Shown: positions 25,201 to 38,036, counted from the stretch's first letter. The stretch: 64,000 bases of DNA from Antedon mediterranea (GCF_964355755.1 NC_092672.1:18427237-18491236); one strand, 5' to 3'. Program-made: numbers and translations. The notes: generated by a model not told the origin, from the letters alone.

Positions 25201-26378
25201 CCTCGGCATCCTCGCTTAATTATCCCCCTGTGCCAGTACTGCCTCCGCAGTACTTTCAAGGTCGAGGGACGCACCCATCGCCGGATGCCGGTGGGTACGA
25301 CAGTGACAGGACCATGACCTCGCTGCCTAGTGAGGATCGCTCCGAGGTTGCATAGGGTGGAGACGGTTTGCAGGCTCTTGTCAATCGTGTGGTTCCTGCT
25401 GTACTTTGGTACATTGGAGTAGAGTACGCCTATGACGCCCGCGCCGGCTTCGAAGAGGTACTCTACCTTTGGAGTGCGTGCTCCATTGAAGCGGGTCACG
25501 ACTTGTCCAGTTGCGTCGCTGGATCCCGAACTTGTCGCTAGGGTAGAGGCTATAGCGAAGGAGCCTAAAACCCGTAGAGCTGCACCTCAAGATCTCGCAG
25601 CAGCCTTCCCGCTTCCGCAGGACCAGTTTCAACGCTATATATCGGCACCACCGATCCCGGATGCAGCGAAAGAACGTGCGCGCGAGGATCAAGGTCTCGA
25701 CGCCAATGGCAGATTTCTGTCTCCTTCGGCCGCCAAAACTGAGGAGGCGCTAATCGCGGTCGACCGTGGTGCACGCGAGACGTTACGAACGGTCTCGATG
25801 TCGGGCTACCTTCTGTCATTCCTCGCGGATCCGGACCATCCATGGCACCTTGACGCGGACGTGATCTGCTTGCTTCAGCAGATTAGGGGCCTGGTCGCGG
25901 ACCAACAAGCGACTATTGCAATGACCTCGGCCGCCGCGCGGAGGGTCAATTGCCTCCAGGCCACGGACATTGCGCCCGCGCATTACCGCCGCTTCACAAC
26001 TAGCGAGTCGTTCGGTGCTGTGGACCTCTTCTATGGTAAGTTCGCCGAGAAGGAAGATAAGTGGGCTCGCGAGCGAGAGGCACGTCGCGAGACGAGATCG
26101 CGTTTTCCGAAACGCCAGGCGAGCCGTTCGCACTCGCGTCCAAAGCTTCCAGCCCCACTGCCGGTGGTGCCATCGCGTACTATCTCACAACCGCCGCCGT
26201 CGGTCCATAATCAGTCTGAGGTTGGGCAGACTCCTGGGCCGTTGCGTCCCCGTAATTCCCGCCCCGCGCGTGGCGGTAAGCCGGGTAGGGGAGCATGTCG
26301 GGACCGCGGTTCGCGACGTGGTGACGTGCAGTCGAGGTCCGTGCCGTCGGGGGCCGGACCAGTGGGAGGTCGTCTCCT
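25201..26378 (+). mobile_element. DIRS-like gag fragment ending at the start of RT
   Basis: GC-rich island; Cys/His remnants upstream of ORF 25432-26400; RR..L...DLF.G gag motif; ends at PVGGRL, the usual start of DIRS RT. Confidence 0.75.
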
Positions 26379-26886
26379 AACTATAACTATTAACTATTAA
26401 ACAATTATACAAAACAAATCGAAATCATTTATTTAATTTATTTAACATTTGTTGTAAAATCATATGAGGTGAGTTGAAGTTTGCGCGCGCAATTATATAT
26501 TTATATTGCGATTATTGTATAGGCTGATTTTGTTTGCAAAACATTAAAATCGTGAATTTAACATTTGTTGTAAAATCATGATATTGTTTATGCATTGTGA
26601 TCCACTTAATCATTTCAATATTCTTGTTTAGGAAGAGACAGAGGTTGCAGGGCCGTCTAGAAGCCAACGTCCCAGAGTTGAGGTGAGTTGAAGTTTGCGC
26701 GCGCAATTATACATTTATATTTCTCTTTTGTGATTATTCTATAATTGCATGAAAAACATTAAAATCGTTTATTCGTAATTTGGTAAGGGAATTGTTTATA
26801 TTGAACATAGTTCATTAGTTATGTTTAAACATCGCAGGTTGTCGAGGTACTAAAACTATGGCAATAAGATGATAAGCATTACCAAC

Positions 26887-28148
26887 TGTAGCGTACTACG
26901 CGAGTTCGCTTGGTGGCGTGTGTGGTCAATCGACGCAGATAACAAAAGACACTGATCCAGCAAATACAATATCTACAATTTATTTACAATAGACCGATCT
27001 TCCGTTCTGTTCTGGTGACTAAAAGAAGATAAAGGAAACTACATTACTTTCTATAATGTGTTACAGAATACAACATTATTCAAGAAATTACAGCGATATT
27101 ATAATGAGTTAAATGAAAAGGTGTATAAGTGTACCAATTAAAATTAATATAAACATATCAATAGAATAGCGATCACAACAATGTTACCATTAAAGCAACA
27201 AGTAACAAACGTATTCCTTATCAATTACCACTACAAGTTAAAACGAGCCATGGGGTTCAAAATATAAACCTACTTGACTTTGACGCCTCAAATATACCAA
27301 TCACAGTAAACAGATGCACTTGAACTACTCCCAGTTCAAAACAGCTGCAATATAAATAAATCGATCCTTGTTTATAATTTATAACCCATCCCCTCTCAAC
27401 TATCCAGTTGCTATTGGCAACCAAAACTTAAATTGCCCTCCAATGAATCGAAATGAGGCACCACTCAGGCATTACACTTTATAATCGTTATACCTTAATA
27501 CAAATGATGTATAGATTTCCAAACTACAGTAGGTTATTCTAAATAGCATACAACTGCTATAATGTATCAATAATATCATAAAAAACATCCTAATTAGACA
27601 TATTAAATCCTTATCGCAACTGGAGAATTTAAAACAATCACTAATATCAACAAAGGCAAGAAATATATATACGGTATATAATGCATAGTTATAGTTTATA
27701 GCCTACCTACGGTATGAACGATAATATATATGATTAAAACAACTAATGTATATCGATAATGATACAGACTCTCACGAGCCCAATAACGACATAATCGATT
27801 ATTCAACATTATAAACATAAAGTATTCTATAAAGAAAAAATCGGAATCAACTTACATATAAAAAGTAACAAGGTTGTCGAAATCACAAATGTTGCCAAAT
27901 TACACATAAATGTTTCATACAATTAACCAAGCTTTCAAAGTTATAAACAAGTTGTAAAAGTTACAAACAAGTTCCAAATAAACAATTTGTCACAACAAAA
28001 AATTAGAAAAGTGTCGAGTTGGAGATGTGTCGCTGTTCAAACCCAAAATTCATCTCTCCTGGAATTTGGTCACACCCCTATATATCAGACCTAGGAGCAA
28101 CATCCACAAAATTATAGAGGGCGTTCTATTATATTTCAATACTTTACA
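26887..28148 (-). repeat. 3' LTR of the BEL element
   Basis: TGTAGCG...TTTACA, no differences from 33564-34825 noticed by eye. Confidence 0.96.
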
Positions 28149-28254
28149 CTCCCCCCTTTAAACCAAACGGGTTTAACAATCACTTAATAAAAAGGTAAAT
28201 GAAATATTATAAAAACTAAATACATATGTACATAGTAAACACGACTATAGGGTC

Positions 28255-31200
28255 TTAATTAGCTCTTTCGAGCATACATAACTTGGTTATAGGTCTCTCA
28301 TAGACACCACCCTTAGTTCTAATATGTACAGATCTTACATGTCCGTCACTACCTACATTCACATCCACCACCAACCCCAGTGGCCATTGATAGCGCGGAG
28401 TAGAGTTATCGGTAATAAGGACGAGATCACCAATTTTAAGATCTCTTTTCTCCATACCCCATTTTTGCCGATGTTGTAGCAATGGAAGGTATTCCTTCAC
28501 CCACCTTCTCCAAAATATATCAGCGAGATACTGGACTTGTCGCCACCGTCTCCTGTAGATGTCTTGCTCTGCAAAGTGTCCAGGAGGCAAGGATGGTCCA
28601 CTCCTCAGCAGGAGTAAATGGTTAGGAGTCAATGGTTGATCATCACTTGGATCGTCGGACAGTTTCGTAATAGGCCTGCTGTTAACGATGTTCTCGATGA
28701 CACACATCAGAGTAGTGAGACTCTCATCATCAAGTGTCTGTTGGCGCACAAGACTATACATAATGGTTCTTATAGTGCGAATTTGTCTTTCCCAGACTCC
28801 GCCCATGTGAGACGCCTTCGGTGGGTTGAATGACCAGCTGATTTCCTTCTGCAACATAAAGTTGTCGATATGTTGACGATTCCATTCGGTCATGGCCCGT
28901 CTGAGCTCTTGCTTGGCCCCAACGAAGTTCGTGCCATTATCGGAGACCATCTCTTGAGGTACTCCTCGTCGAGCGATAAACCTCTGCAATACATTTATAA
29001 ATGAATCCGTCGTCATAGAATGGGCGACTTCTATATGGACAGCTCGTGTCGTCATGCAAGTAAACACGCAACCGTAGCGTTTATGTTCTGTGCGTCCACG
29101 CTTAATGACGAGTGGTCCAAAATAGTCCACACCCACCCTGGAGAATGGCGGTTCGCCAATCTGCATCCTTGACTTCGGTAGTAGACCCATAATTTGATCA
29201 GTTGGCCGAGCTTTCATCCTTTTACACACGATACACTGTGACAGTTCCCGTCTCACGCTCCTCCGACCCTTCACCAACCAAAACTTCTGTCTTATATCAG
29301 CCAGCGTGCGTTCAATACCCCCATGTCCTGTTTGAAGATGGTAATGCCGTATAACGAGGTTGGTTACGTGGTTATCGCATGGCAACAAAATTTGATGTCG
29401 TTGGTCAGTGGTGAGGGTTGTCTGCAGTTCTATTCGACCACCAATCCGAATAATACCATCGTCAGCCAGGAAGGCTCCCAATCCTTTAATGTTTGTGATG
29501 TCTTTATAGCGTGTGGATTGGGTATACTGAATAATCACCCTCTCTGCTTGTTTGGTTTCATCCACCGTGAGTTTGTCACAGATAAGGCTCTGAATGTCAT
29601 TCCTTTTCTTAAGGACGACATAACGTTTGAATCGCAATATCCAAGCTACACTTCGCTTTAATCCAACCCAAGACGAATATCGATCGAAATAGTGTTGAAT
29701 AACAACGTTATCTTGCACGTTGGTACACACATTCACAGATTTCTTCACCTCTAGATCATCAGCGCTTACATCACCATACCCATCTGGTTGCATAGGCCAG
29801 GTTTTGTCAGTATCTTGTCTTAAAAATGTGGGACCCTCCAACCAAAACTTGTTGTTTACCAGCAGCCTCGCTTCGAGGCCTCTCGATACAATATCTGCCG
29901 GGTTATGTATCCCCTCGACATGTCTCCATTGTTCCGGATTAGAGCCGTCGTGTATAGTCGCTAACCTGTTGCTAACGAACGTCTTAAACCGCCTTTCTTC
30001 ATTCTTGATGTACTGCAAAACTATCATACTGTCAGTCCAAAAACAAGATTTCCCCATTTTCAGCCCAATTTCACGAGTCAGTGTCTTGTCAATCTTTACT
30101 GCCAGTGTCGCCGCCATTAGTTCTAATCGCGGTATAGTCACAGTTTTCATGGGGCATAGACGTGACTTGGCTAGTATAAGTGCACTCCTAGTGCAGTTGT
30201 CCTCATTTGTCGTACGTAGGTACGTAGTCACCCCATACGCTATTTCTGAAGCGTCAGCGAAGTGGTGTAACTCTCGTGCCACCACAGTACCGAACACGTT
30301 GTCTTCTAGACATCTAGGTATCTTTAGGTGTTGTAAGTTCTGGAGATCGTTCTGCCATGATTGCCAACGTGACAACAAGTCATCCGGAACCGACTCATCC
30401 CAATCAACGCCCCGACGCACGAGTTGTTGCACGATGAGTTTTCCCCTTAACGTGAATGGTGCTGCGAATCCATGGGGATCGAACACCGAGCTTAATGCAC
30501 TTAACACCCCTCTACGAGTTTTTGGTGTGTCCTTGTGGTTTACATTAAATCCAAACGTGTCGTCTTCGACATTCCACTTCATCCCTAGTGCCTTTTCGGA
30601 TGGTAGGGTGGCACCTTCTAGGTCAAGCTCCTTAACCGTCGTGGCCCTGTCCTCCACTGGAACATGACGTAGGATTTCTGAGCTATTGGCTATCCATTTC
30701 GTCAACTTGAACCCTCCCATGGATAACAAGGCCGTCAGATTCTTTATAACTCTAACTCCTTCTTCTTCGGTTGAAACAGAGATTAGAGCGTCGTCCACGT
30801 AGAAATTTTCATTCACAATCTCAGTGATATTAACGTCAACTTTAGCACGGTTATCTTGTGCCGCCTTTCTTAGAGCATAAGTGCTCGCGCTTGGGCACCA
30901 GGTTCCACCAAACAGGTGCACACACATACGGTAGGTACTCACTTCCGTCATTTCGTCGTCTGTCCACCAAAGAAATCGAAGAACATCCCTTTCGTTTGGT
31001 GGCACCCTAACCTGGTGAAACATAGACTTGATGTCACCCATGATGGCGTATTGTCGCCGGCGGAATCTCAGAAGGACCCCCATCAGGCTGTTGACAAGAT
31101 CTGGTCCCTGCATGACTACGTCATTTAGCGATAGACCCCTATGTTTTGCCGCGCAATCGAATACTACTCGTACGTCACCATTCTTCTTGGGGACAGCGTG

Positions 31201-33540
31201 GTGTGGCAGATACCAATTTGGGAACGTCGAATTGCGGTTACCTACAGGTTCTGCATGATTTTCTTCAACTAGGGTTTTAATAACCTCAGCATATTTGGCT
31301 TTAAGGCTTACATCCTTCACCAATTTCCGTCGGAGATGGCCAAGTCTGACTTCAGCAGTATGTCTATTGTCCGGTAAAATAGGCGGGCGTTGCTTGAAGG
31401 GAATAGGTAAATGGTAATGTCCATCCTTAAACTGTACATTTTGATCCCATAGTTTAACTACTCTTTTGTCATTAACAGACATCATTCTGTCATCGTCATC
31501 CAATGCAGGTACGTCACAATCAGTTGTCCAAAATCTCTCCAGTATCTGATCAAGCCTCACATTGTTCTGAATCTCGCAAGCAAACGTGGAAGATCTCTTC
31601 TCATTTCTTCCCATAACAGGACCGTTTAGGGACCACCCAAGGGATGTTCGTGTGGCATACGGTTCCCCTTTTCCACCGGCTCTTATTTCAAGCGGTTGTA
31701 ACGCATCTGGAACATCTAGCCCAATTAGGAGGTCCACCTCTGAGTTGTCTAGTCGTGGGAGATTAACTCCATTTAGATGAGGCCATTTGTTCACTTCATC
31801 CAACTTCAAGGCTCGACTTGTCGAAGAGCGAATTGTCATTTTTCGTGTGGAATATACTAGTGGGAGTGCTACAGGTTCTCCTCCACCCATGCCTCTCACT
31901 TCCAGACTGATTATTCTGCTGGGTACACTGCTTTCATTATCACCGATGGTGTTAATGATCAGGTTCTCCGGTCTACCTCTCACCTTCAACGTCTTTGCCA
32001 ATCTCTCTGTACAAAATGAGCTTGTACTCCCACTGTCCAATAGTGCGTATGCGTCTACCTCTATCCCACTTTCCGGTGATCGTATTGTGACCGGCAAGAT
32101 TGGTAATGAGATGAAGGTGTTCATCTTGTCGGCGTGCCCAACTGGCTGCGTCTGTGGTTGCTGCGGTACACTAGCAGCTGGTGTCTGCTCTGCTTGATGT
32201 GGCTGAGCTTTAGAGGCGGGGGCTTGATGTTGTTGTTGTTGTTGTTGTGTCGCCTTTGGCTTAATTATATGAAGGAACTTGGTGTGTTTCTGTCCACATC
32301 CAGCTACCGAGCATGTCCTATTCAATAGACATCTTGATGCGTTATGTCCAGGTTTCAGGCAATTAAAGCATAGCCGGTTCCTCTTTACGAATGATAGCCT
32401 TTCTTCAACATTCTTTTCTTTAAACTGTAGACAGCCAAATAAAGAATGAGAACCTTCACACATTTGACAGGACGGGGATCCGATGGCAAAATTCTTATTT
32501 CGGCGTTTTTCGGGTTCTCTGTTGCTGGTCGTCTGTCTCTCTGGCTTGTTACCTACACTACCCGAGACAAGGCTACCAAATACAGGATCATTTGCCTCCT
32601 TAGAGGCCGATTTAACAAAGTCAACAACATGTGCAATGGTAGGTGGACTGCCTCTAAGCTTTATCCTTTGATATTCTTTAACCCACCTTATCTGTAAGTA
32701 TCGTGGTAACTTGTCAATTATTGACCTAAGGCTACGTTGGTTATTTAATTCCCCAAGAAAACCCATCGCATCTAGCGTTTCCCTGCAGGATGATAAATCG
32801 TCGGTAAATTGCCTTAACTCGGCAACGTCAATCTTAGGGCGATTTACAATCTTATCTACCCAGGTCTGGACGATCGTCCCTTTATCTCCGAACCTCTCTG
32901 AGAGGATTTCCCTTGCCAGTTTGTACCCTTCAGTTGGGGGCCGCATAAGGCAACATTGTAGGGCGTCACTTGCTCTACCCCTACAATATTTTAATAAGGT
33001 AGTCAGTTTAAAATTGTCGTCAGATACCTCCGACATTAATACATCAAAGGCTCTTATAAATGGCCAATACCTTAAAGGATTGCCATCATACATTTGTAAT
33101 TCGGGCCTAGGTAAAGACATCGCCTTCACTAGGCTATCCATACTTAAATTACTACTACTAGTCTTTAGCTCACCGACCGCCTTAGTTCCTTGTTGGTTGT
33201 TGGCAGCGTCGACCTTTTCATTACCATGGTCTACTTTCCTCAATTCGCAAGAATGAGCCAATGCGCTCCTCCTCTGATCTGTATATTCTTTTTCTACTTT
33301 CGCCATCCACTCCTCTTCTTGCTCAAATATGTCATCGTCATCAATGACATCCAACAACGCGAGATGGGCCTTTTCTACTACTTTGAATGCCTCGTCCACC
33401 CGCTCTAATTGGTCGTCTATGTCAACAATAGTAACTCCTTCCGTTTTTAACAATGCGCTCAAAGTGTTCAAACTTCTTGTTACCAATCCCTTTCTGTTTC
33501 GGCGCTGCAAAGTCAGCGTAGTCTTCCTATCTTCTGCCAT
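28255..33540 (-). CDS. BEL/Pao Gag-Pol polyprotein, 1761 aa
   Basis: DUF1759-type YDGNPLRY, three Cys-His knuckles, protease LLDSGS, RT YLPHH..VVFDC..NFYVDD, RNase H HHFADAS..WTDS, integrase GVDYFGP..SDNGTNF..GGVWER, DUF5641-type WPLG. Confidence 0.97.
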   Translation of the reverse strand: MAEDRKTTLTLQRRNRKGLVTRSLNTLSALLKTEGVTIVDIDDQLERVDEAFKVVEKAHLALLDVIDDDDIFEQEEEWMAKVEKEYTDQRRSALAHSCELRKVDHGNEKVDAANNQQGTKAVGELKTSSSNLSMDSLVKAMSLPRPELQMYDGNPLRYWPFIRAFDVLMSEVSDDNFKLTTLLKYCRGRASDALQCCLMRPPTEGYKLAREILSERFGDKGTIVQTWVDKIVNRPKIDVAELRQFTDDLSSCRETLDAMGFLGELNNQRSLRSIIDKLPRYLQIRWVKEYQRIKLRGSPPTIAHVVDFVKSASKEANDPVFGSLVSGSVGNKPERQTTSNREPEKRRNKNFAIGSPSCQMCEGSHSLFGCLQFKEKNVEERLSFVKRNRLCFNCLKPGHNASRCLLNRTCSVAGCGQKHTKFLHIIKPKATQQQQQQHQAPASKAQPHQAEQTPAASVPQQPQTQPVGHADKMNTFISLPILPVTIRSPESGIEVDAYALLDSGSTSSFCTERLAKTLKVRGRPENLIINTIGDNESSVPSRIISLEVRGMGGGEPVALPLVYSTRKMTIRSSTSRALKLDEVNKWPHLNGVNLPRLDNSEVDLLIGLDVPDALQPLEIRAGGKGEPYATRTSLGWSLNGPVMGRNEKRSSTFACEIQNNVRLDQILERFWTTDCDVPALDDDDRMMSVNDKRVVKLWDQNVQFKDGHYHLPIPFKQRPPILPDNRHTAEVRLGHLRRKLVKDVSLKAKYAEVIKTLVEENHAEPVGNRNSTFPNWYLPHHAVPKKNGDVRVVFDCAAKHRGLSLNDVVMQGPDLVNSLMGVLLRFRRRQYAIMGDIKSMFHQVRVPPNERDVLRFLWWTDDEMTEVSTYRMCVHLFGGTWCPSASTYALRKAAQDNRAKVDVNITEIVNENFYVDDALISVSTEEEGVRVIKNLTALLSMGGFKLTKWIANSSEILRHVPVEDRATTVKELDLEGATLPSEKALGMKWNVEDDTFGFNVNHKDTPKTRRGVLSALSSVFDPHGFAAPFTLRGKLIVQQLVRRGVDWDESVPDDLLSRWQSWQNDLQNLQHLKIPRCLEDNVFGTVVARELHHFADASEIAYGVTTYLRTTNEDNCTRSALILAKSRLCPMKTVTIPRLELMAATLAVKIDKTLTREIGLKMGKSCFWTDSMIVLQYIKNEERRFKTFVSNRLATIHDGSNPEQWRHVEGIHNPADIVSRGLEARLLVNNKFWLEGPTFLRQDTDKTWPMQPDGYGDVSADDLEVKKSVNVCTNVQDNVVIQHYFDRYSSWVGLKRSVAWILRFKRYVVLKKRNDIQSLICDKLTVDETKQAERVIIQYTQSTRYKDITNIKGLGAFLADDGIIRIGGRIELQTTLTTDQRHQILLPCDNHVTNLVIRHYHLQTGHGGIERTLADIRQKFWLVKGRRSVRRELSQCIVCKRMKARPTDQIMGLLPKSRMQIGEPPFSRVGVDYFGPLVIKRGRTEHKRYGCVFTCMTTRAVHIEVAHSMTTDSFINVLQRFIARRGVPQEMVSDNGTNFVGAKQELRRAMTEWNRQHIDNFMLQKEISWSFNPPKASHMGGVWERQIRTIRTIMYSLVRQQTLDDESLTTLMCVIENIVNSRPITKLSDDPSDDQPLTPNHLLLLRSGPSLPPGHFAEQDIYRRRWRQVQYLADIFWRRWVKEYLPLLQHRQKWGMEKRDLKIGDLVLITDNSTPRYQWPLGLVVDVNVGSDGHVRSVHIRTKGGVYERPITKLCMLERAN

Positions 33541-33563
33541 ACTCGTATAGGCTAGTCAATCAC

Positions 33564-34825
33564 TGTAGCGTACTACGCGAGTTCGCTTGGTGGCGTGTGT
33601 GGTCAATCGACGCAGATAACAAAAGACACTGATCCAGCAAATACAATATCTACAATTTATTTACAATAGACCGATCTTCCGTTCTGTTCTGGTGACTAAA
33701 AGAAGATAAAGGAAACTACATTACTTTCTATAATGTGTTACAGAATACAACATTATTCAAGAAATTACAGCGATATTATAATGAGTTAAATGAAAAGGTG
33801 TATAAGTGTACCAATTAAAATTAATATAAACATATCAATAGAATAGCGATCACAACAATGTTACCATTAAAGCAACAAGTAACAAACGTATTCCTTATCA
33901 ATTACCACTACAAGTTAAAACGAGCCATGGGGTTCAAAATATAAACCTACTTGACTTTGACGCCTCAAATATACCAATCACAGTAAACAGATGCACTTGA
34001 ACTACTCCCAGTTCAAAACAGCTGCAATATAAATAAATCGATCCTTGTTTATAATTTATAACCCATCCCCTCTCAACTATCCAGTTGCTATTGGCAACCA
34101 AAACTTAAATTGCCCTCCAATGAATCGAAATGAGGCACCACTCAGGCATTACACTTTATAATCGTTATACCTTAATACAAATGATGTATAGATTTCCAAA
34201 CTACAGTAGGTTATTCTAAATAGCATACAACTGCTATAATGTATCAATAATATCATAAAAAACATCCTAATTAGACATATTAAATCCTTATCGCAACTGG
34301 AGAATTTAAAACAATCACTAATATCAACAAAGGCAAGAAATATATATACGGTATATAATGCATAGTTATAGTTTATAGCCTACCTACGGTATGAACGATA
34401 ATATATATGATTAAAACAACTAATGTATATCGATAATGATACAGACTCTCACGAGCCCAATAACGACATAATCGATTATTCAACATTATAAACATAAAGT
34501 ATTCTATAAAGAAAAAATCGGAATCAACTTACATATAAAAAGTAACAAGGTTGTCGAAATCACAAATGTTGCCAAATTACACATAAATGTTTCATACAAT
34601 TAACCAAGCTTTCAAAGTTATAAACAAGTTGTAAAAGTTACAAACAAGTTCCAAATAAACAATTTGTCACAACAAAAAATTAGAAAAGTGTCGAGTTGGA
34701 GATGTGTCGCTGTTCAAACCCAAAATTCATCTCTCCTGGAATTTGGTCACACCCCTATATATCAGACCTAGGAGCAACATCCACAAAATTATAGAGGGCG
34801 TTCTATTATATTTCAATACTTTACA
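33564..34825 (-). repeat. 5' LTR of the BEL element
   Basis: Ends 23 bp before the ATG; TATA-like near the 5' end, AATAAA near the 3' end on the minus strand. Confidence 0.96.
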
Positions 34826-37440
34826 CCAACTGTAATTTGTTTTATCTTAGTATAATAGTGATGCCTCACCATTATATGACCCAGGATTTTCTGGACAAGC
34901 TGAAGGAGCAATGTACAGGTAGGGCTATTAAGTATATATGACATGACAAAAATAGTTTAATATTGTCATAATCAATAGATTCATCATCAGTTAATTGGTT
35001 CAATAAAATGTTACTTTCTTTTTCCTTTGAATTTGTTATTTGGAATGCATGGGTGTAGGCCTAATAACATTAAAATCTTATTATTAGCGATGATTGCAAA
35101 AATGTTAATGGTGTTTTTTACAGCCGATATTGCTCGAATATTAATGATCCACTGCTTATGCCATTCTCTGAAGCCTTGAGGATGTCGGGTACATTATCAG
35201 AATCACATCCCGTAGTTAATGTTAGCCTTAAATTCGTTTTGTAAATTTATCAAATTTGTATTGTAGAATTCTAGATACGCCCAGTTACTTTTTAAGTAAT
35301 GGGGGACGGCCAAACGTATTAAACGAGATAATGATTCAATTTAACCTTCCATTGGGTATGGACGTACCTACCAATGGAATAACCAGCCTGAGATAAATTT
35401 ATTAAATTCTGTAACTTGTAATTGATTCTTTAATCAAATGTTAATACAAATTGATAGTTTCGCCGTTTTAATCATTTATTCGGACATTACATTCCGTTTC
35501 TTGTAATGCAAAACCTCTCTCAATGGTAAATTCATTTTATTTTTTATCTTCAGACCTACGAAGAATGCCGGAGACTTGTTTAGGGCTTTAGATCCGGTCA
35601 CACACGCAAGCCGATCCAGCTTCTTCAACATATGCAGAAACAGGCTTTGGGACGGGGCCATTAGAGGCCTGAAAAGAAAGACTTTTAGTCCCTCCCAACG
35701 AATTTCTGTAAAATTTACAGATTCGATTGGCCAGGTAGAAGGAGCGGTGGATATTGGTGGGCCACGAAGGGAATTTTTGTCACAGATTTTGGAATACCTT
35801 CAACATAGTCGTTTGTTCGAAGGCTCAGAAACCAAACGAGTACTTTCGATGAACAGTGCAGGTATGGTGTTTTGTATCATAAGGCAAATACATTGTTTTA
35901 AGACAAATTTGTTAAGAAAGTACAAGAAGAACATTATTTAAAATTGTTATTATTGCATTTATGCATGTATACTGTAATAATACGTAACTTCTTACAAAGT
36001 TGCACACTGCACATAAATAAAGTTGCGTAGTAAACAACTTTTAAGATGTTAAAACAAATACTGCGGTGGAACACCTCACAACATTACGTATAAACAAAAA
36101 ATAAATATCTAAAATAAGAAATGTTAAAAAAACTAATAGGTAAAAAGCTGGTAAACGTTTTAAACTACTTAGTATCGTAATTCTTAACAGAAAATTGTAC
36201 CTACCAGGGGCGGATCCACGATTTTGAAATAGAGGGGTCCAAAACGCAAAGTTCTCCGGTATGACATGTCCATTTCAAACTGAAAAAGGGTCCAGCTTTC
36301 CCCCTCCTACTATAACAAATAACATTCCATTTCCCGGTTGTATGTAATTAATTAGTTACATTCACTTTTATAACATTTTTTTTATTGCAGCAATGGGCAA
36401 CGACGAGTATTTTTATGCGGGGCAGTTAATAGCAATGGCCCTAGTGCATGGTGGCATATCCCCTACTTTTTTTTCTACAACTCTGTACGAGGCTGTAGCG
36501 TACGGCTACGACAAAGCCACAGCCGGCTTAGAAGATTTGGGTGCTGGAGACGTCCGCACAAAACTGGCTAATGTGTTATAGGTTAATTGATATCTGTATG
36601 TACAATATACGTATCATTTGATTTTGCATGTCCTTTACAGGCCCGTAGCCAGAATGCAACTTGGTGTGAAAAGAGTGGGCCTATTGCGAAGCGAATTTTG
36701 TTAAATAACACCACCTAAACGACCGGAAATGGTACTAATAATAATAATAAAAATAATAATATTTATTATTATTATTAATTTTGATCTACAATAAACGGTT
36801 TTACATATCTAATACATGAAACCTTTTTTAAAAAAACAATTCAGATACAGTCCACAACATCTGTAGATGATTTGAAAATCGCAGTGGATTAGGCGGAAGA
36901 TTTATTAAGCATATCGGGTGTAAATACATATGTTACATCAATGGATGCAAAAAATAAAATCGTATCGAGTGCCGTCAAGTTTTATGTATTGGACAGAACA
37001 CGTTCGGGATTCGAAAGGTTTGTAAATAATTGTTTTAAAATTTTTCATAAACTGTTTATTGATAAAAACACTGTTTAAACGTTAACATACAAATCCAAAA
37101 TCGTATTAGCTTGCCCACTTTTTTCAGATGCATATCATTTTGGCTGTGTTTTGACATGCTTTTTAAATATTTTAATTTTTGTTTAAGTTTTATTAAAGTT
37201 ATCAGTGTGATATTTATCCTTTTTTAATAATGTTATTCGGGCAGTCTAATAAGTTGAAATAACTCTTGATTGAACGACTCTGTATGTATATAAACGGTTC
37301 CCATTGTGATAAACGGTCGTGTAATTTGATTAGAATTTGGATAATAATATGAAAAATAATTTTGTCAACTATATAATTCCAGTGCAGTTAAGTATACCAC
37401 AACATTTGTAAACATTCGTGTTTTTTCTCATTTTTTTTAA

Positions 37441-37704
37441 ACAGATATCTCTGTTAATAGAGATATCGCTATTAAAAACTAAGATATCTCTATTTAAAAC
37501 TAAGATATCTCTATTAATAGAGATATCTTAGCTTTTGTTTCCGGTTGCCAAGTATGATGGGAAGTGTATAGTCGCGAATATGGTGGTGTTATTCCTGCAT
37601 CAAAGCACTGGGGTTATCCGCATGCGCATCGTGATTCATTTTATTTCCATTAAAATACCAGGAATACTAAAACGAAAATTGGTTTGTTTACATTATATGC
37701 CGTA
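37441..37704. mobile_element. Possible IS3EU-like transposon end
   Basis: Clustered AGATATCT motifs (37441-37530) and terminal ATGCCGTA (rc TACGG); no partner end confirmed. Confidence 0.3.
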
Positions 37705-38036
37705 CAGAAAAAATTAGGCCTACATAGACAAAACAGATTACTGTATACAACAGAATTTAAGGTTATTAAAAAACAAGTTGTGTTTATATAATTTATATAC
37801 AGGTAATATCGTAGTTCATCATCATTATCATCATCATAATTATTATTATTATTATTGATATCAGTATTTGATATTTATTATACTATTAGTACACAAATAT
37901 TGTAATAAGCCATAGGTCTTACTCCTACGTTAAATTTATTATATTAATATTATTTAAAAAAAAAATAAATGTAATAAATTTGCAATGGCCTGACTGTGCT
38001 TATATTTCGTTTGTGGCTTTTATCCCCTCTCAAAAA

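Larger units (their letters stand above)
26887..34825 (-). mobile_element. Full-length BEL/Pao LTR retrotransposon (Suzu/Sinbad-like)
   Basis: Two 1262-bp TG..CA LTRs, 5-bp TSD CCAAC, PPT AAAGGGGGGAG (28149-28159), single intact ORF. Confidence 0.97.
21376..37017 (+). pseudogene. G2E3-like HECT E3 ligase pseudogene fragmented by insertions
   Basis: Exons 21376-21647 (GF..RATQGRAL..KGKIYLLP), 24641-25147, 26632-26681, ~34851-34918, ~35124-35220, 35554-35861 (VKFTD..EGAVDIGGPRREF..LFEG), 36391-36572 (YFYAGQLIAMALVHGG..P.FFS), 36845-37017 (TAG 36890-36892); C-lobe not seen; linking of all exons is inferred. Confidence 0.78.

Noticed and set aside
29720-30667. 315-aa plus-strand ORF and other ORFs antisense to BEL pol
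   Set aside because: Shadow frames of the polyprotein with no recognisable motifs
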